Shown piece by piece: positions 58,401 to 64,000 of a DNA stretch of 64,000 nucleotides (its first letter is position 1; every line of letters starts with the position of its first letter). The position numbers and the translations under genes were made by a program. Under the pieces are notes generated by a model. It saw only the letters and a program-made list of their open reading frames with translations, ran no database searches and was not told where the DNA came from. The stretch is from Eledone cirrhosa (lineage: Eukaryota): NCBI GenBank assembly GCA_964016885.1, contig OZ024762.1, positions 22,382,001 through 22,446,000 on the forward strand. The letters are read 5' to 3'.

Positions 58401-58648
58401 ATAGTTTTATTGTTCTACAATATTACTCACCTTCTACATTATATAGGTAAGTTATTCCGGGTTGAATCGGAGGTAGCCACAGTAAGTAAGGTACTCAATA
58501 CATAGTATAAACATTTTAATATAGATGAGATTCTAGCTTTTAATGAATTCCTTTTCTTTCAACCAGTGGCCACCGCCCATCCCACTCCCCACCCTCTCCT
58601 ACCACCAGAAAATATATAAATACCACAACATTTATTTTGGACAGCCAA

Positions 58649-58695
58649 ATTCCTGATGACTTCTAAAGAATGAAACATTTCTAGTCCTGTAGAAT
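58649..58695 (+). ncRNA. Hammerhead-like motif
   Basis: ATTC-CTGATGA-CTTC-TAAA-GAAT-GAAACA...TGTA-GAAT; downstream sequence is mirrored at 58514-58537. Confidence 0.6.
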
Positions 58696-58900
58696 CTCAT
58701 TTATATTAAAATATATATATATATATGTATATATAATAGAAAAATGTGTAAGTTTCGTTTACATATAAAAGATATCTATTGTGTATCGATACACAATGAT
58801 ATGTAAACGAAACATCTTCGGTTTTTTCTATTATATACGTCCTACATGTGCGTAGAGTGCTAGATGTGGTATCAACACCAGTAATTCACTGTACTACCTA

Positions 58901-58976
<76 letters not shown>

Positions 58977-59002
58977 GCGTGCGTGTATGTATATATATAT
59001 AT

Positions 59003-59230
59003 AACGAAGGAAATGGGGTAAGGAACCAGGTGGACCATAACGCACCAAAGTACTCAATACTTATGGTAGTAGAGTTGGTTATAGGAACGAGTAGGACCCC
59101 GACGGCTGAGCTCAAGCCGTTTCGACGGCTAATTCTGGACTAAATCAATTTAGTCCAGAATTTAGGATTTAGTCCATCCAGAATTAGCCGTCGAAACGGC
59201 TTGAGCTCAGCCGTCGGGGTCCTACTCGTT

Positions 59231-59233
<3 letters not shown>
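59003..59233. mobile_element. PLE family A fold-back fragment
   Basis: Long arm on -, short arm on +, apex with reiterated TTTAGTCC. Confidence 0.85.
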
Positions 59234-59277
<44 letters not shown>

Positions 59278-59549
59278 TAAAACAATGAAATAAAAATTCA
59301 AGTCATTTGAAATATACTTCACTGCTTTACGATCGTTTCTAGGTGATAATACATCGTAACCATACTTCGTTATCGATCTATGTAAGGTTAGTTACAAAAT
59401 ATCAGATAAGGAAAATATTTACTTACATGTATATCACCAGCTGTTTTCAAAAGCAATGAGAATTTTATTCAAAATTAGTAGTAAATACATTGAGTTCTTC
59501 AAGCAGTCTGGACCCCACAACTTACCGTGGATATCTCTGTTGGTGTATA

Positions 59550-59595
<46 letters not shown>

Positions 59596-60320
59596 TAATA
59601 GATTAAAGTTTAAGCAAAGAATCGCTGTTTTCACCCTTAACGGGATCTTCTGAAACTCCCGTTTCAGAAGATCCAGTTAAGGGTGAAAGCACCGATATTA
59701 CTCGGAACAGCTGGCACGTGGGAGGGGGTGGCTGGCGCGGGGTCCGGAGTCGTCGCTGGTTATTGACCGCTCGCAAGGGCATAATTTTACTCTATATACA
59801 ACCCTGACAATTTATCGTGACTATATATATGACACTTAAACTTCTTCATAAAAGTCTCCTTATGTTAATTGTCAACTTCTCCCTATATCACTTACACACA
59901 CACACACACACTCTCTTTCTCACTCTCTCTTTTTCATTCTCCCACACTCTCTCTATGATTTACTCCCTCTGTGACTCTCTATCTCTCTAATTCACACACA
60001 CTCTCACCCTTTTTAATCTCTATGTGTGTCTTTGTTGAAGATATTTGTTCTTGGATAAAAACATATTTCGCGGCAATTTCGAGCATGCCTGACCAGCCTG
60101 ATTGACGCGTGTCCTCAGCGCTGACATTTCCATCTGACGGGATGGTAGTAGTACATTAAAGGCTGGCGCCCCCACATCAGATGGTCATATGTAGACCTAA
60201 TAATCAACACTTGAGGGCGGCCGACAGAGGTAGAATGTGCTAAATTGCCGGCCACCCTTCTGTCTCTGATTTTCAGCACCATGGATTTTATCTGTTATAT
60301 TCCTTCGTTATATTTTGAAT

Positions 60321-60376
60321 TACCTGATGATGTCACCGGATTCGTACTGAACCCGGTCATTGAAATGATCATAGTA
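60321..60376 (+). ncRNA. Type I hammerhead ribozyme
   Basis: TAC-CTGATGA-TGTCACCGG...CCGGTCATT-GAAA-TGATCA-TA-GTA then AATAAA. Confidence 0.8.
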
Positions 60377-60566
60377 TAATAAACCTTTCAAGGATTTACA
60401 CCAGTACATGCCTCCTGTTATTTTGTAATAATTAACTCCGTGCTCGCACCACCAACTACACAAACGAAGACAGGTGAGTTGCATTACGTTGAGTGCTTTC
60501 CATGATATTACATCGAGGTTCACCACACAGAATGACCAGTTCTATCCAGTGGTGAACCAACAAACC

Positions 60567-60611
<45 letters not shown>

Positions 60612-60614
<3 letters not shown>

Positions 60615-60803
60615 AGAAAGTATGACCCCGGCGGCATAGCTCAAGCCGTTTCGACGGCTATTTCAGACCAGAAATAGCCGTCGAAACGGCTTGAGCTCTG
60701 CTGTCGAGGTCATAGTTTCTCCTATTACCCACTCTACTACCCTAAGTATTGAGTACTCTGGTGCGTTATGATCCATCTGGTTCCTTACCACAACTCCTTC
60801 ATT
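60612..60803. mobile_element. PLE family A variant fold-back fragment
   Basis: Arms meet at ~60665; TA flanks. Confidence 0.8.
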
Positions 60804-61856
60804 ATATATATATATATATATCATTAAAGCGAAGTAATACCTGTGATGGTTGGGAGATCACTAACGAAGGACCCCATTATTCATATATATATGTATATAT
60901 TTATATATATATAATATAGCATTATATGCAAGCATATGTGTTGCGTTTATGTATAACAAACATGCATTAGCCTCGTTATGGATGTTTCAAGCTGTGACTA
61001 TCTGACAGCAATTACTATAAGCCGTCAACACACCCAGACGGTAGTGTTTCGGGGTTTTTTTTTCTATTGTAATAATCTTTACTTATTTCGTAATGAGGGA
61101 AGTATAGGTAACAACTCACAAATATACGTCTACACATACATGAGGTAAAACTTACAGATCAACCAGAACGGATGCATAGATAGATAAATGTATAGATAGC
61201 TTGATAGCTAGCAAGCTAGATAGATATATAGATAGATAGATAGATACATACATACATACATACATACATACATACATACATACATACATACATACATACA
61301 TACATACATGGTGGCTGCCAACTCGTTTTCGAGTACGGCCACTACTTTATATCCATGTAGGAGAACCCCTACCGATGCGCTGAACGAGTGTGACTTTTTA
61401 GTCCTGCCAGCGACTTGAAAACTCTGGTACAAACACTACACTTGTGACAATTATTGACACATACTGCTGGGCCCATGGTCCCATGTGACGACAAGTGCAG
61501 AGAGATCTCCAGATATAAAGCAATGCCTGTGCCGTGAAGCTTTTATAGTGAGCAAAGGCACTTCACAAAGCCAGTCCCACTCTCTTAACCAAGATGATGT
61601 TTACCAAAAAGAAGAACAAGTCAACATCATTGGATACCATCAGGGTTGCAGGTGTTATATCAGAGTTTTCCTTCTCCTAGTATGTATGTATGTATGTATG
61701 TACGTACATACATACATACATACATACATACATACATACATACATACATACATACATACATACATACATACATACATACATACATACATACATACATACA
61801 TACATACATACAGATAAATAGATAAATAGATATAAACATATACCGATATATATGCA

Positions 61857-62230
61857 GAGGTTATATTTAATTTGTTGGGATTCAACAAGCTTAAACATTT
61901 TTTATAACTGATATAAAGCACTCAACAGATTAGTGGAGTAAATACACAATATATTAATAAATGGAAATTATATTTATAAAACCATATTTATTTTATTATA
62001 CATATTTCAAGGACAACCAAGGCAAATTATGGTGCGCTTTCATCAGATAATCCAGGAAGCTCCAACCGTTAAGGTTGTCTTTTTTTCCGGGTATGTCAAT
62101 ATTTATTAATAAAACAAATCTGTATTTTATCTGATGAAAGCGCACCATAATTTGCATTCGTTGCCCTTGAAATATGTATAATAAAATAAATATGGTTTTA
62201 TAAATATAGTTTCCATTTATTAATATATTG
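61857..62230. mobile_element. Family B fold-back element with HHRs at 61990-62050 (-) and 62124-62187 (+)
   Basis: ATTTTAT-CTGATGA-AAG...CTT-GAAA-TATGTA-TA-ATAAAAT. Confidence 0.85.
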
Positions 62231-62389
62231 TATATATAGATATATATATGTGTATGTGTGTGTGTGCGTGTATAAATAAATGTATATATAAATAGACACA
62301 CATTTATACGCATAGAAATTCATATATATACATTTATATTTATAAATATATAAAAATAAATACAAAAATATAAACACACGTACACACAA

Positions 62390-62428
<39 letters not shown>

Positions 62429-62429
62429 C

Positions 62430-62697
62430 AAAAGTTTTATTTAAGATTGTTGGGTTACAACGAGTAAATATTTTATAACTGATATAAAAGCACTCAACAG
62501 TTTCACTACCAAATCAACTTTTTAAAAGGAAGTTGCATTATCACAAGGTGTGTCACTAATTATTTATAAAACAGCTTATGTATTGTATTTTGTCTGAGGA
62601 AGGCATAACATATTTTTAATATGATATCCCAGAAATATATATAACGAAATAAATATGGTTTTATAAATATAAATATAGTTTCCATTTGTTTAATATC

Positions 62698-62698
<1 letters not shown>
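62430..62698 (+). mobile_element. Family B fragment with HHR at 62587-62650
   Basis: ATTTTGT-CTGAGGA-AGG...CCA-GAAA-TATATA-TA-ACGAAAT. Confidence 0.78.
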
Positions 62699-62737
<39 letters not shown>

Positions 62738-63149
62738 ATGTGTATATGTATATATATAGAAACATGCATACACGCACACACAAGCATACACACACATATA
62801 TATATACATATATATATCGCTGAAAATCTCATTTCGATCTAGTAATCGATTCCATGTCAGTGGACTGTATTGAACCGAGCTATTGTTAAGACAACAAAGG
62901 CAACAACAAAAACTTTCCATTCTACGTAAACAGACAATTCCTCACGGGGAACCACTGCTACACATATCGAACACATGCTAGATATTCGATCTCTCTCTTT
63001 TTCTCTCTCTCCCTCTCTCTCTCTCTCTTCATATATTTATATATTTATATATATATATGTGCGCGTGTGTGTGTATTTTGTGTTTTTTATATTTATGTAT
63101 TTATATTTATGTATTTATATTTATGTATATATATTTATGTATATATATT

Positions 63150-63186
<37 letters not shown>

Positions 63187-63199
63187 ATATACGTATATG

Positions 63200-63230
<31 letters not shown>

Positions 63231-63247
63231 GTTTATATACATATATG

Positions 63248-63278
<31 letters not shown>

Positions 63279-63427
63279 GTTTATATACATATATGTATGT
63301 ATAAATATATATATATATACATATATGAGTGTGTGTATATATGTATATATGTATACATATATATATGTATGTATACATATATATATGTATTTCTAAATAT
63401 TTACATATTTGTATATATATAAATATG

Positions 63428-63491
<64 letters not shown>

Positions 63492-63576
63492 TGTTTGTGT
63501 GAGTGGGTTTATGTATATGTACATATATATATATGTGTGTGTGTGTGTATATATATATTTATCTCCACAAATATGC

Positions 63577-63617
<41 letters not shown>

Positions 63618-63821
63618 AATGTATGTATGTGCATATATATTCTATACAGAATATCGTAGATTCTTCCATTGTTTGCCGTGATGGAAACCCGGACTGGAAT
63701 CAATAGCCGAAGGTAATTATACTGTCTTCTAGGTTGTAGCTTTTAACATGTATGTATATAATGCTATATATTTGTATATATATATATGTATTGTATTATT
63801 TGTATATATATATATGTATTG

Positions 63822-63873
<52 letters not shown>

Positions 63874-64000
63874 AAATAGCGTTCATATATAATAGATGTA
63901 TATGTTCATGTTGATAGTGAGATAGATTTGTAGATAGATAGACAGAAAGGTAGATAAATAAATAGATAGGTAGATAGATTGTAGGTTTTAATATGTCGGT

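Overview
This is AT-rich animal (eukaryotic) non-coding DNA dominated by (TA)n/(CA)n/(GA)n microsatellites; the repeat content suggests an octopus-like cephalopod (inference). I cannot support any intact host gene, and most ORFs in the track are microsatellite translations. The real coding remnants are two Penelope-like element (PLE) C-terminal GIY-YIG endonuclease fragments (10422-11180 +; 48840-49481 - with a partial inverted copy) and one RTE-type LINE 3' end (42020-42500). There are also about a dozen tRNA-derived SINE copies, hAT and Tc1/mariner MITEs, and a probable Helitron. The main finding is about 30 type-I hammerhead ribozyme (HHR) motifs from more than a dozen sequence families, read by eye. 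Most sit in small fold-back (inverted-arm) retro-insertions embedded in (TA)n, and several inversion junctions fall at or inside the ribozyme. Some have non-canonical cores (CUGAGAA, a compensatory U3:A8 UUGAAAA, CCGAUGA). All folds and coordinates are manual and untested.
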